Positions 12,842-25,500 are shown, numbered from the stretch's first letter. The stretch: 64,000 nucleotides of DNA from Macrostomum lignano (GCA_002269645.1 NIVC01002705.1:1-64000), one strand, 5' to 3'. A program made the numbers and translations. The notes: a model not told the origin generated them from the letters alone.

Positions 12842-15800
12842 ATGAATTCACGAGAGCCCTCCGATGTGGGAGGGGCCGAACGGATCGGCTCAGCTCACAG
12901 CCGCCACTCGCGGCCAGTGCGGTCAGCCAAGCGGCCTGCGCTGCACAAACGGCTGACCAAACACTCGGAAATGATAGGAGCGCTCACCGAGTTTGACCCA
13001 TTAGCAGTCTACCTAAAAGTCATGAAAGGCCGTCTGGACGACCTGCCGATCATGAACAGCCGCGTCGTGCGCATCTTCCTGTCGTCCACCTTCTCGGACA
13101 TGGGAACGGAGCGCAACTACCTCATGCAGCACGTCAATCCAAGGCTGAAAAAGTTCTGCCGCGACTCCTTCGGACTCGAGTTTCAAACCATCGACATGCG
13201 ATGGGGAGTCGGTGACGAGGTACAGCTCGACCACCAGGGTCCGTACATGTGCTACCAAGAGATCGACAACTCGCTCATCATGTCAGCCGGCCCCTACTTC
13301 ATCTGTCTGCTGGGTCAGCGCTATGGCAACCAGCCGCCTGCAGCCCTTGTCGAGGTCGACGTTTTCAACAACATCGTGGAAGCGTTGAAGGAGGACGGAC
13401 GCGACGTCTCGTGTCTACACGAGTGGTACACGATCGATGAGAACAACAAGCCACCAATCTGCGTGCTGAGACCGATTGCAACTCTAGCAGAGGCGGTAAG
13501 TGTGATTTTTAACGATTAATGCAGCGCTTGTTTTTCAGAGTTTGCAAAAGGATAAATTTAATAACCTCTAATCTCGTAATTCATTGTTCCAGGCGGACAA
13601 GGAGCTCTTGAAAGCTGCTCGACAGCGGTGGGAAGCTGTCCAAGACTCCATCATCGGACTCATGAAGAGAGGTGCCGAGTTGTGTCTTCAAAAGACTTTG
13701 ATCTCGCACGCGACAATGAAGAAGTTCACGGCGTCTGTCACCGAGATGGAGGTGATCAGCGGAATATTGTCAAAACCTCCGCAAAAGTTGGCTCAGGCTC
13801 TCGCATTCGTGAGAGAATTCTCTGATCTGGAGTCTCAGCGCGACTTCTCTCGAGGAAAGATGTTCAAGTTCATCGACCTGACCGACTCTTTGAACGAAGA
13901 TGGCGAGGCAGTAAAGGTTCTTGATGAAGCTGTGAACGCGATGGTCAAGGAGTTGAACAGACACGTTCTGACTCGAATGGCGGGATCCAATTCCTTCACT
14001 TACTCACTAAAATGGACCAATGACGCTGAGGGTGTGGGCATGAGTAGCCACAAAGACTATCTGGAAAAGTTTGGCAGCGACTACTGCGATAATGTGAAGC
14101 GCCTCGTGGCCGAATCCGTGCGGGAGAGCATGCGGCTCCGATCGGACGACCTCTACTCGGAGGTGCTGCAGCACTCGACTGCATGCGTCAACTACGTGAA
14201 GAAGTTCCAGGGTCGGCAAGAGATCATCGACAAGGTGAAAGCTTATGTGCAAGCGAGCAACACAACGGAGCCTCTGGTGGTGTACGGCGACTCGGGCAGC
14301 GGCAAGACCTCTCTACTTGGCAAGGCCGCCAGTCTGGTGCGAAGCTGGTTGCCAGAGTCCGATTCCAAAGATGCCATCGTGCTGTTGCGATTCCTCGGCA
14401 CCAGTCCCGGTACGTCGAGCATTCGACAGACACTCAAGTATCTGTGCCGTCAGCTCGCTGTGTTCGGCAACGAGGACGACCAGGAAAAGTGCGAGTCACT
14501 CGACGACTTCAAGGAGATCTTGAACACCTTCTACTCCATGCTCGAACGCATGGGCCAGTTCAGGAGAATCTTGGTGTTCCTTGACAGTGTTGATCAGCTG
14601 GACAGCTCTGACGGTGCCTACCATCTGACGTGGGTGCGGACGCCATTGCCTGCCAACGTGAAGATGGTTGTGTCCACTCTGCCCAACATGTTCGATTTGC
14701 TGAAGACATTCAAAGGGAAGCTGCCTAACCCAGACATCTACGTGGAGGTGACGCCACTGGAGACCAGTCTGTGCACCAGCATTTTGTCGGCTCTGCTCAG
14801 CGAACAAGGTCGCACTCTGAACGAGCAGCAATGGGCTCTGGTCGAGCAGGCATTCTCCAAGTGCTCACTGCCAATCTATGTTCACCTGCTGTACCACGAG
14901 GTTCTGAGATGGCGCTCTTACCAACAGGTAGATGAGTCGTCTCTGCGCTACACCGTTCGTCAGGCAATATTTCAGCTGTTCGAGAAACTCGAGTTGAAGC
15001 ACGGCAGGCTTTTTGTAAGTATTTCGTTCGTGTTAGTTACTGTAGCCCAGGCTAGTGAGAATATTCCACAACTATCCACTTATCTACAGTGATTGGATTA
15101 TTCTAGTCAGAATGACTCTCTCTGCTCATTTGTTTTTCCAGACCTCTCACGCCCTGGCATTTATCACTGCATCGAGAAACGGACTGTCAGAGTCGGAGCT
15201 GGAGGATCTGCTCAGTCTGGATGACGCCGTCCTCATTGACGTGTTTCAGCATCACCTGCCGCCCTTCATCCGCATCCCGCCGATCTGCTGGGCTCGACTG
15301 CGTCACGACATTGGCTCTTACCTGGTCGAGAGAGAGGCGGACAACATCCGGGTAGTGTTCTGGTACCACCGACAGTTCATCGAGGTGGCTCAGGAGTACT
15401 TCTTGTCGGACGAAAAGACCAGACGGGACATTCACTCTATCATGGCAGACTACTTCTTGGGTCTGTGGAGCGGCAGGAGAAAGAAGTTCGTGTACCCAGC
15501 CTATCTGCGCAAGAAGCTCGTAAGTGATGAGCACTGAAATTGATCTGTTCTCTGAACCGACTTACTGAGCCGTTCATGCATTCGTTCTCACTCCAGAACC
15601 TGCCCGAGTTCTCAATGGAGGACCGAGCCGTTCCCGAGCAGCCATTCGTGCTCCGCAAAGATGAGGACGGCACTGCTCAGTACAACCTGCGAAAGCTGAA
15701 CGAGCTGCCGTGGCACCTCATCAAGTCCGGTCGAGTGAACGAGTTCTACGACTACATTGTGTTTGACTACGACTTCATGTTCAACAAGCTGAAGGGCACG

Positions 15801-18800
15801 TCTCGGTACCTGCTGCTGAGAGACCTCGACCTCCCGCAGAAGCTCGGTGTCGAGTACATCAAAGAGGCCGAGCTCGTGTACAATGCAATCCGACTCTCCG
15901 CTCAGAGTCTCGTATACGACCCTGTCAATCTGAGCGTTGATCTCATCGGTCGGCTCATCATGTACGAGAAGGACTGTCCTCGAGTGAAGCTGCTGCTCAA
16001 CCAGTGTCGCCAGTCGAAACAGGCTCTCAGCAACTGCTGCCTCATCCCGAAGGTGCAGTGCTTCGACTCCGGGTCTGGAGTTCTCTACTCCAGCTTTGAT
16101 CTCGGACTCGGAATGGGACTGGTCATGCCCAACGGTCAGCTGGTGTCCTTCTCACTCATCAACAACGAAGTCACCTGGTACGACATCGAGGGAAATGAGA
16201 TCAAACGGTTCAGCTCCGACTACAACCTGTTCCTCAGCATGAAGTACATGTCGACTGGATACATCCCAGACGACTGCGTAATGCACGTGCTATCGATGCG
16301 CTCGAAGAATGCCGGTGTCACCGAGGACGACATGCAGGCGCTTGTCCTTAACATGGGTCGGAAGAAGATCCAAGAGGAGATAGAAGAATACGAAGCGTGC
16401 AACAAGGATGTGCCGCAAGAGCTGCGAGACATGATGGAATCGCTCAACGCTGGAGAGATTCCAGACAGCATCATGGAGAAGCTGGACGTAGACGGGATGA
16501 TGAAGAAGATGATATCTGGAGAGGAAGAGGCGCAGAAGTCGCAAGATCTCGTTCGAGTCGACTTCATGAACGGCAGGGTGACGAAACTGATGACTCTGGA
16601 CCCATCATGGAGTGTGTCATCTGATGACGTAGAATATGTGACAAAGGACTATGTGCTTTGTTGCAAGGGAAAGAGTGACTCAACGGGAACAAGCACTCTT
16701 AGACTGCTGTCACTCGGAGAGAAGAAGTTTGTTGCGCTTTATGAAGAAAATACAAGCGGAACGTCAAGAATCGGCACCCAAAACCTCGATAGCAAAAACA
16801 ACTTGCTGTGCTTTGGGATCGAGGCAGGCAGCAACCACTCAACATTGCTCGTGTTCATGAACTTAAACACGAAAGAGATCGTTCGAGGTTCTTTGCCTGA
16901 CATCTTCAAGTCAGCTGACAAAGCGGAACTTGAGTCCATGTGGCGCCACTCACCACTAAAGCAACCTGACAATAAGAAAGAAGAAAAGACACCGGATGAA
17001 AATGACGAGAAGACAAAAGCGGACGAAAGTCCGGCAGCGAGTGAAGCCGACTTGAAATCGAAGACCATCGAGTTACTTCAGCAAGCTGAAGAAGTTTCTG
17101 CTAGCTCCTGTCTCATTGATCATGAGGGAAACATCGTTGCTATTGTAAACGCAACAAAATCTGCTGAAGAAGGCAGTGGGAAGCAAGACAGTACTTTTTT
17201 CGTTACATTCGCCATCTCTGACAGCCTCAAGCCCATTTGTATTGTGGACCTTCAGGAAAGCTTCGATATAAAGTACAGTCAGAATTTCGTAAGCCCAAGT
17301 CGTCGTCGAATGACTTTCCTTCTGAAGAGAAAGTCCAGAGTATACGGTCAAACAAGCGTTCTTCGCGGTCTGTTGTATGACTGTGACGAAAAGCGCGCTG
17401 TTGGGATGACAATATCACCTGAGCAAGACAAGTTCAAAAAGGCTGCATCAAGTTTTGGTGACGGAACGCAGGCTAAATTTACCGAAGACGAGCGATTGCT
17501 AGTTACGTCTGGTTCTAAGGTGCTTCTACTTGTGTGGTCCGTGCAAACTGGCGAACTTTTGGAAGGAATCTCCCTGGGAACGGCCGAAAGCTTTCTTTGT
17601 GGCCAGCCGAAAGGCACGGACTTCTTCACTATCTGCCATTTTCCTGACGAGTCTGCTGGCGACTCTGACGAGCGAATGTTCATCATGACTAAGGTGTACA
17701 ATTTGAAACACTTCACCGACAAGCTTAGTCACCACAGCGAAGAGGATGCACTGCTTCCAATGTATACTCAGTTCAAGCCGTGTAAGAATGCGACAGCGCT
17801 CACCGATTGTCACACGGTTGACATTCGCACTAATGAGGCTCTGATTTCATTGAACACTCGGACACTGGTGGTTAAGAAGTCCTCTTCACGCGACTCGAAA
17901 GAAGACGATCAGGTAGAGACGCTCAGGCTGTCGGATAAACCTCCCATTATTGAGCTTCGCCGCGATCCGAAAGCTCCTTTTTCTGTTGGCATCTCAGTGA
18001 TCAGCAACCAGCTGGTAGAAAAAGTTTTTGGTAGCACATCAAAGGAGGAACTCCTTCAAAGTCGTAAGTCCAAATCAGTTGGAGGGGTCGAGTTCAAATT
18101 TCACGTCGACGCAGAAAACGAATCGAGTGACAAAGAAATGGAACTACAGGCTTCACTGCGTATCTCAAAGAACAACATCTTCGCCCAGACTCCGATTTCG
18201 CATGGATCAAATTCTCTAGAATTAGGATTTCTTGATGAATCTCGACAGTGCTTAATTTCACTTAAGTGCCACGTTCAGTACAGCTTCAAAGAGAGTTTTG
18301 TCTCACTTGTCCATCTCCCCACAATGGAGAGCGTGGTATTCAAGTTTACGAAAAATAATCATCTAGACAGCGGCGATGATAGCTCAGACAGGCTCTCACA
18401 AGATTTTATCGAGCGGTTTTCAGAGGTCATTTATGGCGGCCTAAAGGCGACATCTAAGAAGAAAGGCAGTAAAAAGCAAAAGAGGAAGAAAGACAAGAAG
18501 GAAGAGACGAAGGAGCCTTCCGAAAACCAGGAGACCAAGGAAGAGAATTCAACCGAAACCAAAGGCGATGAAGAAGAGCTGACGGAAGCGGCTAAGAAAG
18601 CGAAGGAAGAAAAGTTTCTAAAAAAGCGATTGAATAATCGCAATGACCTTGTCGACATTCAGTTCCTGCCAGAGAAGTGCACGCTCAACCTGGCCTTCAG
18701 CCAACACCTCAAAGCGTCCGAGGAGATTCGCGTCGGCGTCGGAGTTCCTCCGATTTGGCTCGGCGCGGTTGTGCGCCTCGACTACAGCGACGTGGAGAAA

Positions 18801-20200
18801 GGAACTCCGACCAGCGAGATGCAGTTCCAGCACTCCATCGGCAAAGTGTTCGACATGGGACCCGCAGTGGCCTTCCTCCACGACAACCAGCACCTGGTCA
18901 ACTACAAGCTTCAAATTGTGGACTACATGAAAGGCGAAGTGATCCGCTGTCTCAGCCAGGACGAGGACTTGTACTTTGTTAGACTGCAGGCCACGCCAGA
19001 CTGCAGCCTGCTTGTTAGCCAGGTGTACTTTCCCGCCTACGAGGTGGAGTTCGCCGTATTCGATGACGAATCCATGAACAATTCGGACATGTTCGCAATT
19101 GTTCCGCCTCGAGGCTTGCAGGTGAGATTAGCAACGATTGTTATTGGGAATGGCAAATCTTTTAATGCTTACGCTTATAAGAATCCGATCTAAAGATGCC
19201 TTTTCTCAATGACTGCGTTTAATTTCTGCACTCCAGGTCTATGTAATCAGTGATGGACGCCGCGTTGCAAACTACCTGTTTGAGTCGGATCCTTTCGGAC
19301 TCTGCTTGGTTGGGGAAGATGGTCGGGACCTGCTGGTGCTGACGCATAACGCACCAATCATGCTGTTTGAGCTTCACGACCCGCAACCGCTAGTTGCTGC
19401 TGATGGAGCTGCCCAGATGCACTCGATGAAGGCGATTGATGAAAAGGCGAATACAGACTCGAGTGTCGGTTCGCCGGCGAGAGCACCTGGTCCAAGACCG
19501 GAATACCTGGACATGCTGAGTGAGATTCAAGGGGTTGTTGATTACAACTTAATACGTGGTAGTTAATAGGCGTTATTGCCCTAGATGTATTCCGGAAGGC
19601 TTAATTGAAGTTGGGATTCTTCGCTGAGGGAAGTTACTGATCTTATTTCATCCCAGTGGGATTTTTCAGAATCCTCAAAATTGTGCCTTCAGATTCCTTC
19701 CCACAGTGGTGTCTTCAGGGTCCTTCTCAGAGAATTGGTATCTTCAGGTCCTTCCCACATTGGTGTCCTCAAAGTCATTTCCACAGTGCTGTGTTCAGAG
19801 TCCTCCCTTCCCAAATTGGTGTCCTCAAAGTCCTTCCCACAATGATTTTTTCCGGTTCCTTCTCTCAGAGTATTGTCTTCAGAGTCCTGCTCAGAAAGCG
19901 GTGTCTTCAGCCTCCTGAGAGAGCGGTGTCTTCAGGGTCCTTCCCGAGAGTGGTGTATTCAGATCCTTCTCAGAGTGTGGTGTCTTCAGAGTCCTTTCTA
20001 TAGTGGTGTCTTTAGATTCCTTACCCTACGGAACTCGTTGAGCACTACAAAATTCCCCCCATTTCTTCATTCCAGAGCCAGCACTGGCCAGCTCAATGGC
20101 CGAGGTAGCGAACGCGAGGCCCGTGGACCCGATCGAGTTCCTGGCGCAGTGCCTGCTGCGCTACAAGGCGCAGTGCGACAGCCAGCAGCCAGATATCTGA
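12842..20200 (+). CDS. NWD-type STAND NTPase copy 1 (DUF4062-like + NACHT + degenerate propeller + Dpy-30-like tail), ~2128 aa; exons 12842-13495, 13593-15014, 15142-15519, 15597-19121, 19237-19519, 20076-20200
   Basis: [17 protein letters not shown]...IDMRWGV N-terminal domain as in NWD1/NWD2/TEP1; Walker [10 protein letters not shown]; Walker [12 protein letters not shown]. All splice junctions are GT-AG and keep the frame. Without the last splice the frame stops at 19566. Confidence 0.88.
19690..20030. repeat. Degenerate ~21-bp minisatellite (ggtgtcttcagagtccttc-like) in the last NWD intron; also at ~35865-36050
   Basis: Recurrent ggtgtcttcag/agtccttccc motifs. Confidence 0.7.
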
Positions 20201-21119
20201 TGCTGAATTTCCTTGATGTGACTCGCTGTCTTGAAGCTTACCTGACCGTGCGCCTTGCCTTATTGATTGCACTCTGGTTAAGTTGGTCAAGCTGTCATTA
20301 TAACTTCATTCGAAAATTTGCAATCCATCAAGTCAGACACAGTATGCGAATGAAGATGGCAGATATTGAATTAAATACCGATTTAATGAGAAATTACTTG
20401 ACCTTCACCTATCCGCTTGCCACTTAAATTCAATTTCTGTCGGAGTTGCTAATTTTTTTACCTCTATTTACTCAAACTCTAATCTCCTTTATTTACCACT
20501 CGTGCTCATATTTTACTGCTTATTGGACTCTTTAGCACAGAAAAAAATCCCAGATATTTTTCAGCCCTTTTCTGTACCAAGCTCTTAAAATTATCAAGTG
20601 ACATCACTGCAACCGTTGTGTTTTTTTAGCCTTACCTTATTTTAGAGATTGTTGAAGCAACATTCTGTAACTAGCAATCAACTCAACAGACAGTCTAATA
20701 AAAAATTTAATCTTGCACGATTTTTATCGCATTTTTAACTTTAAACTGTTACTGGATATTTTTTTTATAAATTTGTCTTTTTGTTTACAGTACAAACTAA
20801 GCGATGTGTTCTTGATAGTTCAAGAATTCTCTCCGATTTGCGATAATTTGATCACTGCTGGCACCCGATCTGTCCTGTTTTATCTGTGTTTCCATTATTT
20901 ACTCAAACTAATACAAAGTCAAAGAGACTGCCTTAATACGATATTTTTTGCTGAAAAAGTTAATCTACTTTGATTAACTGGCTTATACTTTCTTTTATAA
21001 AAAATCAAACATTAACCTAAAACAATCACCAGTTCCTGAGAAACTGCTGGTTTGTCATGCAACGAAGTGTTTCTTGATCTGCATGCTTTTGCCCTGTCCG
21101 ACACCTTTTAATAGTTTTT

Positions 21120-21414
21120 ATGGACATGTTCCCCAACTGATGTACATGTTCCTGAGCTGTTGGACATGTCCCCAACTGTTGGACATGCTCCCAAACTGTT
21201 GGACATGTTCCCAAACTGATGTACATGTTCCTGAGCTGTTGGACATGTCCCCAACTGTTGGACATGCTCCCAAACTGTTGGACATGCTCCCCAACTGTTG
21301 GACATGTTCCCCAACTGATGTACATGTTCCTGAGCTGTTGGACATGTCCCCAACTGTTGGACATGCTCCCAAACTGTTGGACATGCTCCCCAACTGTTGG
21401 ACATGTTCCCAAAC
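21120..21414. repeat. 20-bp minisatellite variant array (catgttcccaaactgttgga family)
   Basis: Tandem 19-20-bp units with a recurring variant unit (aactgatgtacatgttcctgagctg). Confidence 0.92.
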
Positions 21415-21765
21415 GCGAGCCTGCTGGGTGACTTGAGGAAGCGGGTGTTGGCCGACACCATATCCTGCCTCTCCAGGAAGTCCTGCAGCGCCTGGGTGTT
21501 GCCGTTCTCGCGGGGCGTCACAAACAGCGACCGCTCGGACCTCCGAGTACGACCACCGTGTCGCGCCGAGCAGTCTCCTCCACGCGCGCAGAGAGCTGCT
21601 CGAAGAAGTCCTGAGCCTCATCTGGGCGGGTGGCAGGTGGCGCGTACACGCAGAACAGGCGAACGTTCCGGCCGCGAAGCCGGACGTCTACCCAAAGCAT
21701 CCGGGGGACAGGGAAGAGCAGCGATAGCTCTGCTGCAGTCTTGGGCCGATCAGTGCTCCAACTCC
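21415..21765 (-). mobile_element. Fragment of a non-LTR retrotransposon APE endonuclease (RTE-like), frameshifted
   Basis: Across frames the minus strand gives GVGALIG..., RMLWVDVRLRGRNVRLFCVYAPP..., VVVLG(D), ENGNTQALQDFLERQDMVSANTRF, matching the APE motifs GVG, YAP, LGDxNA and NxNG..L..NT.F. Confidence 0.75.
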
Positions 21766-21775
21766 TAACGTCCTA

Positions 21776-22222
21776 ATAACAGTTCCCAAACTGTTGGACA
21801 TGTTCCCAAACTGTTGGACATGTTCCCAAACTGTTGGACATGTTCCCAAACTGTTGGACATGTTCCCAAACTGTTGGACATGTTCCCAAACTGTTGGACA
21901 TGTTCCCAAACTGTTGGACATGTTCCCAAACTGTTGGACATGTTCCCAAACTGTTGGACATGTTCCCAAACTGTTGGACATGTTCCCAAACTGTTGGACA
22001 TGTTCCCAAACTGTTGGACATGTTCTTAAACTGTTGGACATGTTCCCAAACTGTTGGACATGTTCCCAAACTGTTGGACATGTTCCCAAACTGTTAGACA
22101 TGTTCCCAAACTGTTGGACATGTTCTTAAACTGTTGGACATGTTCCCAAACTGTTAGACATGTTCCCAAACTGTTAGACATGTTCCCAAACTGTTAGACA
22201 TGTTCCCAAACTGTTGAAAATG
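21776..22222. repeat. 20-bp minisatellite (catgttcccaaactgttgga), about 22 copies
   Basis: Near-perfect tandem array. Confidence 0.97.
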
Positions 22223-22555
22223 TCCTCTCACAGCTCGTAAAGATGTCCTTAATTCTGTTTATAGTTCTCCCCATTGGTAAAGATGCTCCTTAAGTGCCCA
22301 TTGGACAAGTCATTAGACAAGTGCACGTTATTCAGCAGCTCTTTTCCTGGCAAGACCACCAGTATTGTCAAATAAAAGACTAAACGCGGAGAAAACAGTT
22401 TGAAATTGAAAAAGAAACGAATGGAGCGTTTCGGTCTCTGCTTTGAGCCGTCTATAGTTTTACTTCAGATGACGCTTTGCATCCAAATTTACCCAACTCA
22501 GCCAGACTTTTTTAGTTTTCATGTTTTAAACAAAATTATGCGCTGGGTGCGCGGC

Positions 22556-25500
22556 TCAGGCAGTCGCGGTCTCGCGGTAGAGACTGCACAGCCGGTCGCA
22601 CTGGGCAGGGGCACCAGCGCGCTTGCCAGTTTGCCCGGACTGAGGTTTAGCTGTCCAGGAAACCGGACGCAGGCAGTCAGGCCCAGCATCATGGATTCCG
22701 GGTACAACTGCAGCCTCCGGAGGTTGAGAATAGTATCGCCAGTGTAGACATAGCGGAGGAGTTCCCAGCGGTTTTCAGTGGCCTAATCGGACTCTGCAAA
22801 GGGGCGGTGCACAAGCCGAGAGTAAATGCAGCTGTGCTACCAGTGCAGCAGCCGCTGCGCCGCCTTCCCCTCGCAAAGCAACAGAAAATAGGCAATGAAC
22901 TTGACCGCAAGGAGAACTTGACCGCATTGAACGAATAAACTCCAGCCCATGGATATCCAACATGGTTGTCGCAAACAAGAAAGACGGCAACATTCGAATC
23001 TGCATCGACGTGCGAGAGCTGAATAAGTCGCTTGTAATCGATCGACATCCGATGCCTCAGCTGGACGAGATTTCGGCAAAGATCAAGGCAGCAAGTGGCC
23101 GCGTATTTTCAAAGATCGATCTCAAAGCTGGCTACATGCAGTTGGATGAGGCATCGCGTGACTTGACAGCATTCATCACGCACCAGGGGTTGTATCGGTA
23201 TTGCAGAGTGCCTTTCGGCTTAGCGTCAGCGCCAGCAGCCTTCCAAAGGATGTTGGACGACTTAGTAGCCGGACTTCACGGGGTCGAACATATTCTGGAC
23301 GATTTTTTTGTTTTCGGAGCAAACATGACTGAACATGATTCAAGACTGCGAGCGCTATTAGGGCGTATGAACGACGCTGGCCTAACGGCCAATAAGGACA
23401 AATGCCTGCTACGCAAGACGGAGGTAGAATTTTTCGGCTTCATCTTCTCAGCCGACGGTATGCGAACTTCAGAGTCCCAGACCAAGGCATTCAGCCAGTT
23501 GCGCTCACCGTCTAACCGGAATTGGAGCTGCAGGCGTTCCTAGGATCTGCAAACTACCTGATACGCTTTGTACCCAATTTTGCTGAAGTCACAGCGCCTC
23601 TGAGGGCCCTACTGAAGGGGGATGCGGAGTTCGAGTGGTCGACGGACTGCGAAAGAGCGTTCCAAGAGCTAAAAGCAGCAATCTGTAATCCACCAATCCT
23701 GGCGCACTTTGACCCAGAGGCTGAGACGATTGTCACCAGCGACGCCAGTGCGGAGTCTCTCGGTGCAAACCTGTCCCAGATCCAAGACGGCGTCGAGCGT
23801 CCAATCGCCTTTGCCGCCCGAGCCTTGACCGACACCGAGAAGCGATACGCTGAAAATGAGCGGGAGGCATTGGCCAGTCTGTGGGCCATGGAGAAGTGGC
23901 ACTACTACCTATATGGGCGTCACTTTGAGCTGCGAACAGACCATCAAGCGGTACGTCAACTACTGTTGGGACCCAGCGGCACGGGACATCGGCCGCTGCG
24001 CATCCATGGCTGGTGTGACAGATTTAAACAGTACGATTTCCACGTAAAATATCCGCCAGGCAATCGGAACTTCGTGGCCGACATGTTGTCAATGTGGAGC
24101 TGTGGGTCGGACATGAATATCGTACAGCTACCGGACACTGCGATGCCTCGAGTCCGAGTAGTAACACCTACCCAGCTAGCGACAGCCACGGCCGAGGACA
24201 CGGTTCTGCGCGAGGTGATTAAGCGAGTGACTAGCGGCAACTGGGGCTCAACGAAGGACACAGAGTTGCACCCGTTCTTCAAAGTCAGAGAGCACCTCAG
24301 CGTTTGGCAGGATGGCACATTGCCTGGCTTTCCAAGAGCGAGCAGTTATTCCACATCAGCTGCGGCGTAACCTACTGGAATCGGCGCACACCGGACATCC
24401 GGGTGTGGTTCGCACTAAGCAGCAGCTCCGCGAGTTTGCCTGGTGGCCAAAGATGGACTTCGACGTCGAAACGTTTGTCAGAAACTGCAGTGCCTGCGAG
24501 ACCGCAGAAAAGAATTTCAAATTGCGACCGGCTCCTCTGCAGCCTCTGCGGTGGCCAGATAGGCCGTGGACACAGATCGCCATCGACATCGTGGGTGAGC
24601 TACAGGCAGCACCAGCATCGTCACGATTCCTTTTGGTCATTACGGATCTGCATAGTAAATGGCCGGAAGTATTTGCAACGTTAAACATCACCACCGAGAC
24701 GATCTGCAAAGTGTTACGCAGCCTGTTCGCTCGCTGGGGTCTCTGTAAGACGGTGCTCACGGACAACGGACCGCAGTTCGGCAATGCGCTCACGGGGTTC
24801 CTGCGGGAGCGCGGCATCCAGCATCAGAAGACCAGCCCGTACCGTCCGAGCACGAATGGCCAGACGGAGAGACTCAACCGGACTCTGGTAGACAGCATAC
24901 GAGCGGCCAGGGCAGAGAATGTCCCAATGAAAGACGCGCTGTTGCAATTCCTTGTGACCTACCGCAGTACGCCGCACGCCCTGACTGGCAAGAGTCCAGC
25001 GGAGCTGATGCTAAGAAGACGTTGGCGCACTGCACTGTCTCTACTGGCCCGTTTAAGGACACCACGGCGGCACAACCAGATTTCGCCCAGCGAATTTAGG
25101 AGAGACAGCAGCGAACGGCAGCTTATACCGACCGGCGGCGGGGGGTGCGACCACCAACATTGTGCGCCGGTGACTGGGTTCGAGTGCATCGTCCAGTTCG
25201 AAAGGGAAAGCTGGGGACGCGGCTTTCTGGACCACTACAGATCGTCAAGACAACGAACACCGTGTGTAGACTAACGGACGGCAGCACCTGGAATCAGCAG
25301 GCGCTTGTACCAACGTCTTTGCGGCCGAATTCTGAGCCACCAGGGCCAAACGAGCTTGACCCCCCTCGTGGACATTCAAAGGCAACAACCTGCACAATGC
25401 GGCGGAGAGACCAACGTTCAAATACTAGGACCAGCCTCGGGACCTGCGAATCCACCGCTGAGACGTTCGAACCGTCAGTGGCGACCGGTGCAACGTTACG

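Noticed and set aside
13013-18982. Numerous short antisense or alternate-frame ORFs over the NWD genes (also over copies 2 and 3)
   Set aside because: Shadow ORFs of GC-rich coding sequence; they recur only because the genes are duplicated.
19306-19566. Stand-alone 86-aa gene (and its twin at 34453-34713)
   Set aside because: It is part of an NWD exon entered by the acceptor at 19236.
21026-22129. Many overlapping ORFs and a CRISPR-like look
   Set aside because: Pure 20-bp tandem repeats with no unique spacers and no cas genes, in a eukaryotic context. The same applies to the other arrays.
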